Of a stretch of DNA of 64,000 bases, positions 63,733-64,000 are shown one piece after another; within the stretch, counting starts at the first letter, position 1, and every line of letters begins with the position of its first letter. The translations under genes and the position numbers were made by a program. Location: positions 2,166-66,165 of the forward strand of contig JAADIO010000032.1 of assembly GCA_013151235.1 (NCBI GenBank), written 5' to 3'. The DNA is from Deltaproteobacteria bacterium (lineage in GTDB: Bacteria > CG2-30-53-67). A model generated the notes under the pieces. That model was not told where the DNA came from. It saw only the letters and a list, made by a program, of their open reading frames with translations, and searched no databases.

Positions 63733-64000
63733 GACTTGATCGATTTACATTGAAGGCACAGGAGGCCGTGCAGGAAGGACAGACCCTTGCACGGCAGCTC
63801 GGGCACCAACAGGTTGACGGTGAGCATTTTCTGATGGCACTGCTCCATCAGGAAGGAGGAATCATTATCCCGATCCTGAAGCAGTTGGAGGTCGATCCTT
63901 CGCTGTTGGAAGGAACGTTGCGGGAAATGATGGAGAAGAAGCCGAAGGTCTCCGGCCCCTCGGCTCTGGATCAGATCTATGTAACAAAGGAACTGGAGCA
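63729..64000 (+). CDS. clpB: ClpB disaggregase, N-terminal fragment (runs off the window)
   Basis: MRLDRFTLKAQEAVQEGQTLARQLGHQQVDGEHFLMALLHQEGGII is a typical Clp_N repeat. ATGA overlap with the hspR stop. It is absent from the ORF track because no stop codon lies within the window. Confidence 0.85.
   Translation, partial: MRLDRFTLKAQEAVQEGQTLARQLGHQQVDGEHFLMALLHQEGGIIIPILKQLEVDPSLLEGTLREMMEKKPKVSGPSALDQIYVTKELE

Noticed and set aside
1-64000. Search for CRISPR arrays, transposases, integrases, prophage genes, toxin-antitoxin or known defence-system genes
   Set aside because: None was seen. There are no regularly spaced repeats, no recombinase-like ORFs and no nuclease/ATPase pairs of defence type. 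All sizeable ORFs are accounted for by the metabolic, envelope and chaperone genes listed.

Overview
This 64-kb window is densely coded and bacterial in character (sigma-54/NtrC, secretin, exosortase, HspR). I saw no rRNA, tRNA, CRISPR array or mobile element. I resolve five blocks.
(1) 14-24069, minus strand: a ~24-kb operon of 19 co-directional genes for exosortase/PEP-CTERM-type exopolysaccharide synthesis. It encodes an epimerase, exosortase, EpsI, FemAB-like and CelD-like acyltransferases and a formyltransferase. It also encodes a Tat-signal DUF362 protein, a radical SAM protein, GT4 and GT2 glycosyltransferases (one a tandem-GT2 fusion) and an AsnB-type amidotransferase. The remaining genes are an acetyltransferase, an 862-aa unknown protein, two deacetylases, a carbamoyltransferase and a Wzy-like protein.
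(2) 24392-33248, plus strand, divergent from block 1: an MSHA-like type IV pilus / type II secretion-like machine. Its ATPase carries a complete tandem MshEN c-di-GMP-binding motif.
(3) 33250-36542: a low-coding-density islet. It holds a PEP-CTERM protein, an orphan ORF, an Arg-rich small membrane protein and a PilZ protein, with two sigma-54 promoters and a possible structured RNA.
(4) 36648-45574: housekeeping and regulatory genes (GH57 branching enzyme, DUF1844, AsmA, OsmC, a PAS/GAF histidine kinase and an NtrC-type regulator).
(5) 45679-55856: a sigma-54-driven corrinoid methyltransferase island. It has two MtaA/URO-D paralogues, an MtrH-like protein, a corrinoid protein, a RACo activase and a QueG-like Fe-S protein. 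These run straight into an archaeal-type cysteate synthase plus fused ComDE (coenzyme-M precursor) gene pair. The island abuts a cobalamin-riboswitch-controlled btuFCD operon.
The window ends with an hsp20-dnaK-hsp20-cbpA-hspR-clpB heat-shock cluster.
The methyltransferase/CoM-precursor island is my top candidate for an undescribed system. The exosortase-linked MSHA-like machine and the radical-SAM/DUF362/formyltransferase block come next.
All family calls rest on motif recognition by eye. No searches were run, and start codons are approximate.
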